IMG/VR virus record: IMGVR_UViG_3300010371_000028
Location: 32,001 to 96,000 of that record
Source: a virus
Reading direction: 5' to 3' (one strand)
Length of the DNA stretch: 64,000 nucleotides
Shown here: positions 1-9,482 of the stretch, piece by piece
Layout of the letters: every line of letters starts with the position of its first letter
Position numbering within the stretch: position 1 is the first letter of the stretch
The notes under the pieces: generated by a model
The model's input: the letters and a program-made list of their open reading frames with translations, nothing else
What the model was told of the DNA's origin: nothing
Databases searched by the model: none
Translations under genes and position numbers: made by a program

Positions 1-389
1 GCCGGTCCGCTCGGGCCCACGCTTCCGGGGGCTCCGCTGACACCCGGGCTTCCCGGGGAACCGGGGGCGCCGGTCGCGCCTACGCCCGCAGGGCCCTGCG
101 GGCCAGCCGGACCCGACACTGTAATCGTCTCGAGGATCTCGCTGGGCGCCGGCACCACGGGTGTCGCACCGAGATCCTTGATCTGGGCGCGGGCCGAATT
201 CACCGCGCCCGCGAGACCGTCGATCTGCGCGTCCTGCGTTGCTTTCGCCGCACCCAGACCGGAGATCTGCGTCGAGTCCGAATGCAGCATCAGCAGCATG
301 TACACCATGAGCGCGAGCGCGAGCAGCGCGCACAGCATCAGGGCGGAGGAGAACCAGTTCCGGCGAAGCCGTTCGGGCGTGCCCGTCAC
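1..389 (-). CDS. Membrane-anchored collagen-like (Gly-X-Y) protein of the lysis region, truncated at the window edge
   Basis: Not in the ORF track. GTG at 389 overlaps the TAG of the upstream gene, with GGAGG upstream. Manual translation: MTGTPERLRRNWFSSALMLCALLALALMVYMLLML...GPAGPQGPAGVGATGAPGSPGSPG. Confidence 0.75.
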   Translation of the reverse strand, partial: MTGTPERLRRNWFSSALMLCALLALALMVYMLLMLHSDSTQISGLGAAKATQDAQIDGLAGAVNSARAQIKDLGATPVVPAPSEILETITVSGPAGPQGPAGVGATGAPGSPGSPGVSGAPGSVGPSGP

Positions 390-754
390 TACCTACCTCC
401 CTGGTGGGCTGTCGCGTACCAGGCCGTGGCGAGTACCGCGAGGATTGAGGCGATCGCGAGCACGCGCGTCCAGACTCTGTCGCTGCGTTTCTCCACTGCG
501 GCCTTCACTCCGTCGAGGGCCTTGCGCAGTTCTCCGAGAGCGTCCATGGCGATCTTGTGGCGTTCTTCGCAGTGCTCGTCGACCTCGGCGATGTCTTTCT
601 GGAGGTGGCCGTTCTCGCGTTGCCAGGAGTCGACGGAGACGGTGGTCTGGGCGAGGTTGGTCAGCCGGTCGTCGAGTGCTTTCTGGTCGCGCTGGCGGTC
701 ATCGAACTTGCCGAGGATCTCGCGGTTGCTGAGTGGCTCATCGGCCACGATCAC
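389..754 (-). CDS. Coiled-coil protein with C-terminal TM helix (holin-like/lysis-associated)
   Basis: Heptad-like helix followed by VWTRVLAIASILAVLATAWYA; translationally coupled to the collagen-like gene. Confidence 0.6.
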   Translation of the reverse strand: MIVADEPLSNREILGKFDDRQRDQKALDDRLTNLAQTTVSVDSWQRENGHLQKDIAEVDEHCEERHKIAMDALGELRKALDGVKAAVEKRSDRVWTRVLAIASILAVLATAWYATAHQGGR

Positions 755-782
755 CCCCGGGTTGCGCGTTGGTGGTCAAGGG

Positions 783-1088
783 CTAGGCGTCCGGTTTCTG
801 CGCGTCGCGGTGGGCGGCGTGGATGTGCTCGGCAGTGACCAGGTCCGGGACGGCGGGGTGGTGGCGCTTACAAGCCCGGAACGGGGTGCCCTCGACCGGG
901 TGTGAGCCCCACCGCCAGCAGAAGCGGGGGCTCTCGACGTGACAGGTGTGCTTGCGCCAGAACGCGATGAGGGCACCGATGAGGGTGAAGTTGCCGAGGT
1001 CGGAACAGAACCCCGACCAGAACGCCCCCCACCGGTTGCTCGAGTCGGTGATGCCGTACTCGTCCAGCAGGTGCAGGAGCCAGGTCAT
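783..1088 (-). CDS. Small membrane protein with Cys/His-rich C-terminus
   Basis: ATGA overlap at 1085-1088; MTWLLHLL...GNFTLIGALIAFW...CHVESPRFC...CKRHH. Confidence 0.6.
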   Translation of the reverse strand: MTWLLHLLDEYGITDSSNRWGAFWSGFCSDLGNFTLIGALIAFWRKHTCHVESPRFCWRWGSHPVEGTPFRACKRHHPAVPDLVTAEHIHAAHRDAQKPDA

Positions 1089-1594
1089 GCTGAGGCGTCC
1101 GGCAGGAACTCGTACTCCTCGCGGGCGTACTTGTCGAGAAGCCATGCAGGATACGTGATCGCGTGAATGCCGTGGTTCGGAGAACGGTGATGCTTATCGC
1201 AGATGATCATTAAGCCACCCTCCCCTTCGGCGTAGTTGAGGAAGTCCTCGTCAGAGTGCAGATCCGCCTGCGGGAAATCCTTAGCGACCTTCCGCCAGTC
1301 GATCTCGGAGAGACCTGCGAACTCCGCGATGGCGTGGTGCGCCTCGAGTTGCTTCGCGCCTTCGCAGCGGTGTCCTTCTGGCAGCCCCGCCTTGATCTGC
1401 TGGAGGGTGGCGCCGCCAATCCAGCACCCGACGCCGAGTACATGAATCAGCCGGTGCTGCGCATGGTGGAAGATCTTGTAATGGGCGTCTTCCTCGCGCG
1501 GTGCGTGCGGCGGGTAGGCCACCACCTCGTGCAGCGTGCGCCGCTCGAGGTGCGGTGCGTGCGCCGCTACGGGCGAGTTGTCGTGGTCGGTCAC
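1085..1594 (-). CDS. HNH-like/Zn-binding hypothetical protein
   Basis: LEAHH...ICDKHHRSPNHGIH resembles the beta-beta-alpha-metal motif; natural amino-acid composition. Confidence 0.55.
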   Translation of the reverse strand: MTDHDNSPVAAHAPHLERRTLHEVVAYPPHAPREEDAHYKIFHHAQHRLIHVLGVGCWIGGATLQQIKAGLPEGHRCEGAKQLEAHHAIAEFAGLSEIDWRKVAKDFPQADLHSDEDFLNYAEGEGGLMIICDKHHRSPNHGIHAITYPAWLLDKYAREEYEFLPDASA

Positions 1595-1605
1595 TGCAAG
1601 CCTTT

Positions 1606-2112
1606 CTAGACCGTACCGAGGTACGTGACGAACAGTTCCCGGATGAACTGCGTGGCGCCGTTCGCGTTAGGCGGCTCCGGGGTGAACGCTCCCGTCCCGG
1701 AGGTGCGGGTGGCGGAGAACCCGAATGTGTGCAACCCGGTCGAACTGGCGATGAACGTGTTGGCGAGAGGGATCGGCAGCCGGGAGAGGCTGCCGGTCGT
1801 CGTGGATGTCCACTGCGCCTGCGCGACCAGCGTGGACGATGCGGTCGGGTTCGATGCGCTGCCGGAGTCGCGGATCTGGAGCGAGTAGATGTCGTTGGCT
1901 ACGCCGCAGTTGCCGTGCAGTCCGAGCATGGTCGCCTGGTAGCGGCGTCCGGCGGTCAGTTGGCACTGGTAGTACCCGAGGACCGTGTCGAACGTCTCGG
2001 TGGCGCCGCTGGTGGCGGTGCCGGGGAGGGTTGTGGATGCGGGCGCGACCGTCGCGGGGACGGCGAGCGGCCCGGTCAGCGCCATCAGCAGGAGTTCGAG
2101 GTCTGACGCCAC
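1606..2112 (-). CDS. Minor tail/virion protein
   Basis: Thr/Ser/Gly-rich beta-type sequence; RBS before GTG; follows the tail genes. Confidence 0.7.
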   Translation of the reverse strand: MASDLELLLMALTGPLAVPATVAPASTTLPGTATSGATETFDTVLGYYQCQLTAGRRYQATMLGLHGNCGVANDIYSLQIRDSGSASNPTASSTLVAQAQWTSTTTGSLSRLPIPLANTFIASSTGLHTFGFSATRTSGTGAFTPEPPNANGATQFIRELFVTYLGTV

Positions 2113-2122
2113 GTCGGCCCCC

Positions 2123-4405
2123 TTAGGCGAGTTGGACGACGCCGGTGCCCTGGGTGGGCGCGGGCCAGGTACCGGACGCGGTGATCTGCGCGACGGTGGA
2201 GGCTTGCGGGCCGGTGTAGGTGTAGTGCGCGTGGGCGACGTCGAGGTACCAGCGCTGTGCCGAGGGCGGGGTTCCGGAGAGTGTCGCCTGGATCTGGAAG
2301 CCGTAGGCGCCGGCCGGGGCCTGGAGTGTATGTGTCTCCTCGGTCCATGTGGCCGCTGGGACGCTCGTCAGGTTCGCTGACGTGGAGATCGGTGTTCCGC
2401 CGGACACGGCCGTGTACCACGTGATCGACATGGAGAAGTTGGAGGTGGCCGTGTTGGTGAACCATGTCCAGCCGGTGGTGGTGCACCATTGTCCGGGCAT
2501 GCACGGCATGATCTCGGAGGCGGCGATGACGTTCGCGGCGCTGCCTGACGGGGTGATCTGCAGGGCGTACTGGCCTTCGTAGACCTGGGTGGTGGATTGG
2601 GCGCCGGTGCCGCCGGTCACGGTCCATGGGGAGGTCCCGGTCTCGAAGCCCTGGTTCGCGTTGAGCGCGACGGCTTGCCGTGTCGCCTCGCACACGCCGA
2701 GGACGCGCTGGTCCGGTGTCGTCGCGGACACGATCGTGGTGATGCGGGCGCCGTTGTCCGACCATAGGTGCAGCGCGGGTCCGCCGACGGACTGATCGAA
2801 GATCTGGATCGGGACGGCGTTGCCGCCGCCGGCCGACGTCCACGTGTAGGTGCCGCGAGGGCTGGTCAGCGCGGCCGGGTTGCCGGGGAAGACGTTGTGG
2901 TCCTGGTGCATCCGCAGGTAGTCGTTGAGGTCGCCGCCCTGCTGCTGCATGAGGATGTGGTACGTCGCACCGTTCGTCAGGCCCGTGGCGGGCAGCGGCG
3001 CCGAGATGTACGGGGTGAGCGCGATCGGGAAAGTCACGTAGTTGCTCGTGCGCAGTCCGAGAATCAGGACCGTGCCGTTGCCTTGGTCGATCGCCCCGTT
3101 GAAGATCGAGAGGAGGTTGCCGGAGGAGCTCCATGCCGCCGCGGGTCCGGTCGCGCAGACGCCGAGGCCGAAGAGCGTGTCGGTATCGGACGTCACGTAG
3201 ATCATGCTGTTGTTCGAGAAAACGGTGTTGTTCAGGTTGCCGATGGCGACCGGGAGCGACGGTCCGGGCACCCAGGCGCCGAGGGACCCGTCGGAGTGGA
3301 TCGGCGCGTACCACACGGAGGTGACGTTGCCGGCGAGCGCTTCGCCCGCCATCAGGAACAGGAATCCCTGCATGGCTGTCACGAAGCTGAGCTGGGTTGC
3401 CACGGGCATCGGCGTGCCCGCGTTCCAGGCGGTGATCTGCCCGTTCTGCACCTGCGCGTAGGAAACCGTGTTGATCGGGTCGCCGCCGGGGTTCGGGATC
3501 CCTCCGAGCACGTACACGTACCCGTTGTAGGAGCACGTCGCCTGGTTCTGGACGGCGTACGGGAGCGAGGTCTGCGTGGACCACGCCGAGAGTTGGCCTG
3601 TCGTCGGGTCGATCGACGCCGTGTAGACCGCTCCGCTGGGCGTGCCGAAGAAGCTCGTCGAGCCGCCCGCGGTGACGATGACGGGAGCTTGCGTGACCGC
3701 GTCGATGACTGCGCAGGTCTTTCCCGACCCGTCGTTCGTGGTGGGGAACGCGGCCTGTGGGATGGCCTGCGAGAGGGCCGCGGTCGCGCCGGACTGGGTG
3801 TAGGGGATCGTGAACACGGCCGAGAGGGCCGCGCCGGCTGCTACGCCGCCGATCTGGACCATGTAGTTGCCGTAGTACGTGGCCGACGGCGCGGCCGTCG
3901 AGGTCGTGTACGGGTACGGCCAGGGCGTGGTCAGGGACGCCTCCATGATCGTCCCGTTGAACTGGGCGACGGCGAGGGGGTTTCCGGTCAGCTGGGTGCT
4001 GAACGAGGTGCCCTCGGCGATCCCGGACACCGCGGCCAACTGGTAGATCCAGTTCGCGGGGATCCGGGCTTGCTGGAGCACGGTGCCGGGCACGCCCGCA
4101 TTGTCGGCGCACAGCGACACGAGCAGGTCCGCGCCGCCCCCGACGGGCAGCAGCGGGATCTGGACGCGGCCGATCGCGGTCCCTGACATCGTGAACGGCT
4201 GGTCGATGTCCGTGGAGGACAGGTCGCGTTTCCATGCCGAGGCGCCCGAGCCGTTTGGCGTGAGGATCGGGTTGCCCTGGTAGAGCGCGGTGATGCCGTG
4301 CGTGCCGAGGAACTGGTTGACCTGGCCGGCGCCTGCCGTCGCAGAGGCGTCGCCGATGAGCCCGTTGTGCGGTGCCGAGTAGATCGGCGTGGTCGTTGTC
4401 GCCAT
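2123..4405 (-). CDS. Minor tail protein with Kelch/beta-propeller-like repeats and a CBM-like C-terminal domain
   Basis: Repeats such as YNGYVYVLGG and GFLFLMAG; NQGFETGTSPW...EGQYALQITP is carbohydrate-binding-like; RBS AAGGAAGG. Confidence 0.8.
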   Translation of the reverse strand: MATTTTPIYSAPHNGLIGDASATAGAGQVNQFLGTHGITALYQGNPILTPNGSGASAWKRDLSSTDIDQPFTMSGTAIGRVQIPLLPVGGGADLLVSLCADNAGVPGTVLQQARIPANWIYQLAAVSGIAEGTSFSTQLTGNPLAVAQFNGTIMEASLTTPWPYPYTTSTAAPSATYYGNYMVQIGGVAAGAALSAVFTIPYTQSGATAALSQAIPQAAFPTTNDGSGKTCAVIDAVTQAPVIVTAGGSTSFFGTPSGAVYTASIDPTTGQLSAWSTQTSLPYAVQNQATCSYNGYVYVLGGIPNPGGDPINTVSYAQVQNGQITAWNAGTPMPVATQLSFVTAMQGFLFLMAGEALAGNVTSVWYAPIHSDGSLGAWVPGPSLPVAIGNLNNTVFSNNSMIYVTSDTDTLFGLGVCATGPAAAWSSSGNLLSIFNGAIDQGNGTVLILGLRTSNYVTFPIALTPYISAPLPATGLTNGATYHILMQQQGGDLNDYLRMHQDHNVFPGNPAALTSPRGTYTWTSAGGGNAVPIQIFDQSVGGPALHLWSDNGARITTIVSATTPDQRVLGVCEATRQAVALNANQGFETGTSPWTVTGGTGAQSTTQVYEGQYALQITPSGSAANVIAASEIMPCMPGQWCTTTGWTWFTNTATSNFSMSITWYTAVSGGTPISTSANLTSVPAATWTEETHTLQAPAGAYGFQIQATLSGTPPSAQRWYLDVAHAHYTYTGPQASTVAQITASGTWPAPTQGTGVVQLA

Positions 4406-4503
4406 CGGCGCCTTCCTTGTCTGCGGAATCGGCTACCGTCGGTACCAGAGTCGGACTCAGGGGGTTGATCTTCGTGTTGCAGCGTGAAGCCGAGGCCACG
4501 TCG

Positions 4504-5634
4504 GTGATCCGCGTGCGCCCTTCCACGCGTATCGGACGCGCCTACTGGTCGGCCACGCGGCACTTGAACCGGCGAGACCGGCGCATCCTCGGCCTGTGGG
4601 GCAGCGCGCACCTCGGACTGGCGGTACTCGCGTGGATGAGCTCGTGGATAAGTGGCCAGCGCGGCATCTACCACGCGCTACTCGGGATCTACGCGCAGTG
4701 GGACTACGACTGGTACCGCGCTATCGCCGCCCACGGGTACTTCAGCGGCCGGTCCGGAGGCGAGGCGGCGCGGGCGTTCCTGCCCGGGTTCCCGGTCGTC
4801 CTCGCGGCCGTGCACCTGCTCGTGCGCAACTGGGTCGCGTCCGGGCTGCTCGTCTCGCTGGTCGCGGGCGGCGTCGCGCTCGTGTGCATCGGCCGCCTCG
4901 GCGGTGAGCGCGCAGCCCTCTACCTGCTGACCGCACCGGCCGCGATGTACCTGGCGGTCGGCTACTCCGAGTCGCTGTTCCTCGCGCTCGCGCTGCCCGC
5001 GTGGATGGCCGCGCAGCGGCGGGACTGGCCGCTCGCCGCCGTCATTGCGGCCCTCGCGGGGCTCGTCCGCGTCAACGGACTCTTCCTCATCGTCGCCCTG
5101 CTCGTCGCCGCCGCAACGTCCGAACGCGGGAAGCGGCTACGCGCGATTGCGTGGTCGTCGTTCGGGTTCGTCGGCCCGGCCGCCTACGTTGCGTATCTGT
5201 GGGCCGGGACGGGCTCGCCCACCGCCTGGTTCGCGGCCAGCAACGCCGGCTGGGGCCTGCACCTGGTCTCGCCCTGGTCCGCGTGGAAGACCACGTGGGG
5301 AATGGCGTTCGGGCGCGTGCTGCCGCCGGACCGTGCCGCGATGTTCCAGGTCGAGATCGCGTGCATCCTTGCCGCGTGGGCACTCACGCTCGTCCTGCTG
5401 CGTCGCCACGCCTGGGCCGAGGCGACCTACTGCGGGCTCGCGGCTGCCGTGCTCAGCTGCACGACGTACTACCAGGCGGTCCCGCGCGCCGTCCTGATCA
5501 TGTGGCCGCTTTATGTGCTGGTCGCCCGCGCGGCCGAGAAGCGGCCCTGGGTCGGACAGGTGTACCTGTGGGTCTGGGCACCGCTCGCCGTGGTCGTGGC
5601 CGTTTACTTCTTCCTGGGCAAGTGGGCGGTCTAG
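4504..5634 (+). CDS. PIG-V/Mannosyl_trans2-like GT-C membrane mannosyltransferase
   Basis: QWDYDWYRAIAAHGY, AFLPGFP and YSESLF motifs, many TM helices; start uncertain (GTG 4504 or 4513; the ORF-track start at 4372 overlaps the tail gene). Confidence 0.8.
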   Translation: MIRVRPSTRIGRAYWSATRHLNRRDRRILGLWGSAHLGLAVLAWMSSWISGQRGIYHALLGIYAQWDYDWYRAIAAHGYFSGRSGGEAARAFLPGFPVVLAAVHLLVRNWVASGLLVSLVAGGVALVCIGRLGGERAALYLLTAPAAMYLAVGYSESLFLALALPAWMAAQRRDWPLAAVIAALAGLVRVNGLFLIVALLVAAATSERGKRLRAIAWSSFGFVGPAAYVAYLWAGTGSPTAWFAASNAGWGLHLVSPWSAWKTTWGMAFGRVLPPDRAAMFQVEIACILAAWALTLVLLRRHAWAEATYCGLAAAVLSCTTYYQAVPRAVLIMWPLYVLVARAAEKRPWVGQVYLWVWAPLAVVVAVYFFLGKWAV

Positions 5635-6353
5635 GTGACCGACACCAGCGCGCCGCCGGAGTACGAGAGCGACCGCGACGAGGTCATGTAACCGGACGCG
5701 GTCTGCCCGGCCGTGTACTCGGCCAGCGACGTCGGCTCCGCGCCCGACCAGCCCCACGTCGTCCAGCGCGCGCCGGCATCGTCATAGGAGTGCACCAGCG
5801 GCGGCACCGCGGACTGGTCCCACAGGCTGTAGTAGAACCCGTACGACTGCGCCGTCCACGACGTGCCGTTCGTGCTCGTCGAGGCGCCAGTGACCTGGTT
5901 CGACTTGGACCAGGCGTAGAAGTCCGATGCATCCCCCGCGACCGCCACGACGATCCAGTAAGCAGTACCGGATGCCAGTGAGCATGGCAGCGGGACCGAT
6001 ACCGTCGCGGCCGACGCGGGCACCATGGCCGGCGGCAGCGTCGTCGAGACCAGCGCAGTGCCCGTCGGCGCGCTACCGGTGCTCGTCTGGATCGACACGG
6101 TCGTCGTCGCGGGCAGTCCGGTCAGCGCCAGGTAGAGCACGGCCCGGCCGAGCGAGAAGTTCGAGCCTGCCGTGAACGACTGGGCCAAGAAGAGCCCGTT
6201 CGTGGCCGCCGAACCCGACCCGAGCGTCGTCTGGCCGCCCTGCTGAGTCCCGGCGTACAGGTACGTGGCGGCGTGCGAAACGAGGTACTGATCGACGTGC
6301 GCTGCCCTCGGCGGCTGACCGGACGTGGCGGCGATCCAGGCGGGCGCAGCCAT
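5631..6353 (-). CDS. Minor tail protein (paralog of 8065-8817)
   Basis: ATG at 6353 in a TGATG overlap; MAAPAWIAATSGQ...LAQSFT...YDDAGARWTT...SSRSLSY. Confidence 0.8.
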   Translation of the reverse strand: MAAPAWIAATSGQPPRAAHVDQYLVSHAATYLYAGTQQGGQTTLGSGSAATNGLFLAQSFTAGSNFSLGRAVLYLALTGLPATTTVSIQTSTGSAPTGTALVSTTLPPAMVPASAATVSVPLPCSLASGTAYWIVVAVAGDASDFYAWSKSNQVTGASTSTNGTSWTAQSYGFYYSLWDQSAVPPLVHSYDDAGARWTTWGWSGAEPTSLAEYTAGQTASGYMTSSRSLSYSGGALVSVT

Positions 6354-8065
6354 CAGGAAATCCCGACCGTGATCGCCAGCGCGCTCGTCACGTTCGACGA
6401 CGGCGTGATCGATACGGGCACTGCGATAAGCCCGGACCCGTTCGTGGCGAAACGCTTGGTTGCCGCCGCGTTCGGGCCGAGGTTCGCCACCGTGCCGTTC
6501 GCGTTGCTCGCCCGGTACAGCTTCGCCGGGGTCGTCGCGTTCTGCAGGATCCCGACCCAGTACAGGCCCGGCGTGACCGCCGTGGACGAGATCGTCGAAG
6601 TCTGGCCGCCAGTCCCGGCCACGTTCGTGTCGATCGACACGCTCGCCAGCACTGTACCGGCTGCGTTGATCAGCATGATGAAGTTCTCGCCGGCCGTCGG
6701 CGTCGCCGCCGCGGTCCCGACGCCCCAGTAGATCTTCGTGATCGACGTTGCGCGCTGCACGTAGACCGCGGCGAGATAGATGACCCCCGACGTCATCGTG
6801 TCGCCGCTCGACTGCGACGTGAAAGCCGGGTCGTGCGACCACGCCACCATCCCGGACTCGAACGGTGTCGGCAGCCCTACTGTGTGGCCCTGGAAGTCGA
6901 GGGCCGACAGCGACGACTGGAGGCCGTGGAACGCGGTCGAATACCCGGTCTGTCCGCCGACGCGTTCGATGACGTTCGCGCCGCGCAGGATGTTCGTGTT
7001 GGTGGCGTCGTCGATCCACGCCTGCGTGTTGCCGTACAACATGCCGCCGGAGACGACCACGTTCGAGGACGACGCGTTGACCGCGAACCCGTACTGCGGG
7101 CCCGGCACGCTCTGGCCGATGCCCGCGTTGGCCAGGCCGGTCAGCACCGTCGGCTGCGTGATCTCCACGGGGATGGTGGAGCCGGTGCACTGGATACCGG
7201 CGTAGGAGCCGCCGCCCGCGATTCCGTTCGCGCCGTCGCGCCGGTAGTACCCGCCGATGATACTCAACGGCGTGTCACCGGTCGCCGTGATCAGGATTCC
7301 GTTCCTGTTCGAGCCGTCCGTGGAGCAGCCGATCAACTGGCACCCGCCACCGCCCGTGTTGCTACCCGTCCACGTGCCGGAAATCTCGAACCCGTTCCAG
7401 TTCGAGTACTCCGACCGGCAACCAATGAAGACGCTGTTGGATGGCTGCGCGTTGAGCAGGAACCCCGACTTGCTCGACCCGATCGACTCCACGTCGATCC
7501 ACGTCGTGTCCGTCATCCCGCCGGCCGAATACCCGTAGCCGCCGCAGTTGTTGCCCAGGACGCGGGTGAACCGGTGCGAGTAGGAGAACCCGCTGCCGTT
7601 CGACACGGAACTGATGAAGTGGTTCGGCATCGACCGGATCTGCACGTCCTGCACGATCACGCCGTGCACGAACCCCTGCATCTGAAGACCGTCGGTCGTG
7701 CTGCCGGTGATGGCCGAGCCGTCCAGCGTGACGAAGAAAAGGCCCTGCTGGTTCGAGGCCACCGAGTAGCCGCCGGTTGCCTGGTCGACCATCAGGATCA
7801 TCGCCGGGTTCGACGACGAGAACGACGCGAGCGCTTTGATGCAGCAGGTCGTCGAGTCGATGTGCGAGGAATGCGAGCCCCACAGCGTCACCTGCGGCGG
7901 GATGTAGAGGGGGCTGGAGATTCCGTACGTGCCCGGCGGCAGATAGACCACACCCCCGAGAGGCGCGGCGTTCAGGGCGTTCTGGATCGGGAGGGTGTCG
8001 TCCGCGGTACCGTTGCCGACCGCGCCATAGTCCTGCGGCGTGATGAACCCGGCGAGATACGGCAT
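6353..8065 (-). CDS. Tail spike/depolymerase-like protein (pectate_lyase_3 N-terminus, right-handed beta-helix)
   Basis: ATG at 8065 in a TAATG overlap; PQDYGAVGNGTADDTLPIQNAL...VVYLPPGTY; beta-helix-like G/N/S repeats. Confidence 0.8.
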   Translation of the reverse strand: MPYLAGFITPQDYGAVGNGTADDTLPIQNALNAAPLGGVVYLPPGTYGISSPLYIPPQVTLWGSHSSHIDSTTCCIKALASFSSSNPAMILMVDQATGGYSVASNQQGLFFVTLDGSAITGSTTDGLQMQGFVHGVIVQDVQIRSMPNHFISSVSNGSGFSYSHRFTRVLGNNCGGYGYSAGGMTDTTWIDVESIGSSKSGFLLNAQPSNSVFIGCRSEYSNWNGFEISGTWTGSNTGGGGCQLIGCSTDGSNRNGILITATGDTPLSIIGGYYRRDGANGIAGGGSYAGIQCTGSTIPVEITQPTVLTGLANAGIGQSVPGPQYGFAVNASSSNVVVSGGMLYGNTQAWIDDATNTNILRGANVIERVGGQTGYSTAFHGLQSSLSALDFQGHTVGLPTPFESGMVAWSHDPAFTSQSSGDTMTSGVIYLAAVYVQRATSITKIYWGVGTAAATPTAGENFIMLINAAGTVLASVSIDTNVAGTGGQTSTISSTAVTPGLYWVGILQNATTPAKLYRASNANGTVANLGPNAAATKRFATNGSGLIAVPVSITPSSNVTSALAITVGIS

Positions 8066-8817
8066 TAGCCCACCGCCTTCAGCAGCCCGTTGGAGGCGTA
8101 GGTGAGGGTGCGCGAAGAGACGAGTGTCGTCCCGTCCTGTGCGATCGTGTACTCGGTGATTCCGGTCAGCGTCGTGCCGGACCACGTCAGGTTCGTGATG
8201 CGTGCCCCGTCGTCCGCGACGATCGACTGGATCTGCCCGGTGCCGCCCGTGCCGTACACCTGGTACATCAGCCCGTAGGACTGCGGCGTCCACGTGGACC
8301 CGTCGGGCGACGTGGCCGCGCCGGAAGCCTGGTTCGACTGTTGCCACACGTAGTACGCGCTCGGCGAGCCGGCGCCGGTCACCACCAGGCAGTAGATGCT
8401 CGACGGGCTCAGACCGCTCGCCAGCAGGGGTACCGGAAGCCAGAACGCGCCCGCGTACACGTACGGCTCCGCCAGTTGCGCCGAGGCGAGAGGCGCACCC
8501 ACTGGCAGACCAGACGCCGCCGCGAACAGCGACACCGTCAGCGGACTGATCGTCGCAGTGACGGCTGAGCCGCCGACCGTGGAGATCTGGAGCGAGACCT
8601 GGCCGATCGCTGTCTGCGCCGACCCGGTCGTGATGGTCTGCGACAGGTAGCCGGATTGCAGCGACTGGTAGACGGCGGCGCCGGTGGCCTGCTGAGTCTG
8701 GACCGCACCCGGGTTCGTGTAGATCCACTGCGCGTTGTGGCCGCCGAGGAACTGGGTGTTCAGCCCGGAGTCCCCGCGCTTCCCGACGGACGCGGCAAGC
8801 CACGCAGGGGTAGCCAT
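8065..8817 (-). CDS. Minor tail protein (paralog of 5631-6353)
   Basis: MATPAWLAASVG...YLSQTITT...DDGARIT...SSRTLTY; RBS GGGGG. Confidence 0.8.
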   Translation of the reverse strand: MATPAWLAASVGKRGDSGLNTQFLGGHNAQWIYTNPGAVQTQQATGAAVYQSLQSGYLSQTITTGSAQTAIGQVSLQISTVGGSAVTATISPLTVSLFAAASGLPVGAPLASAQLAEPYVYAGAFWLPVPLLASGLSPSSIYCLVVTGAGSPSAYYVWQQSNQASGAATSPDGSTWTPQSYGLMYQVYGTGGTGQIQSIVADDGARITNLTWSGTTLTGITEYTIAQDGTTLVSSRTLTYASNGLLKAVG

Positions 8818-8845
8818 CAGCACCCCCGGGATTCAGCGCGACAGG

Positions 8846-9482
8846 TCACGGCCCGAGCAGCAGCGAGATCTCGAGCAGCAGACTGTCGGTCGTCGGTACG
8901 GTCAGCGTCGGCGAGAAGCTCCAGTGGTCGATCATCGTGCCGCTGTTCGTCGTCGAGGTCGCGCCCGCGAACAGGCCCGCCTCCGCGACCGTCCACGTCG
9001 TGGCCGGCGACGTGAAGTAGAACAGCCAGGTGCAGTAGGCGGGGATCGAGGAGGATGCCGGGTTCGTGCCGCCCGCGCCGACCGTCTGCCGGCCGAGCTC
9101 CGCGAACAGGGAGGTATCCGACTTCACGGGCGTGCCCGTGCCGGAGCCGACCGCGCCGTAGAGAGGCGTGAGATACGTCGGGGACGTCACGCCGAGGTTC
9201 GCGGCCTGGTCCTCCAAGCCCGCCCACACCAGGGCCGCGGCGAGCGCGCCGTACCCGACGGTGCACATGACGTTCTCGCCCGCGCGGTGGCCGGCCACCG
9301 CGTCCGGGCGGCCGGCGATCCGGGCGAGCGCCTCGGCGGGGGCGAGCCCTTGACGCTTAGTCAACTCGAGGTAGTCCGCGAGATCCTTCGGGCTCAGATC
9401 CGGGCTGTCGCGGAGGACGGTCGCGGCAAGCCGGCCTCGTATCGGCAGCGCCTCGCGCACGGCCGGGCTTCCTACTGCCATG
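8846..9482 (-). CDS. Minor tail/baseplate protein
   Basis: ATG at 9482 with GGGGAG RBS; LFAELGRQ...VAEAGLF motif typical of tail-fibre anchor proteins. Confidence 0.7.

Noticed and set aside
2085-4526. 813-aa alternative-frame ORF over the tail gene
   Set aside because: Frame-shifted shadow of 2123-4405 with Arg/His-rich composition
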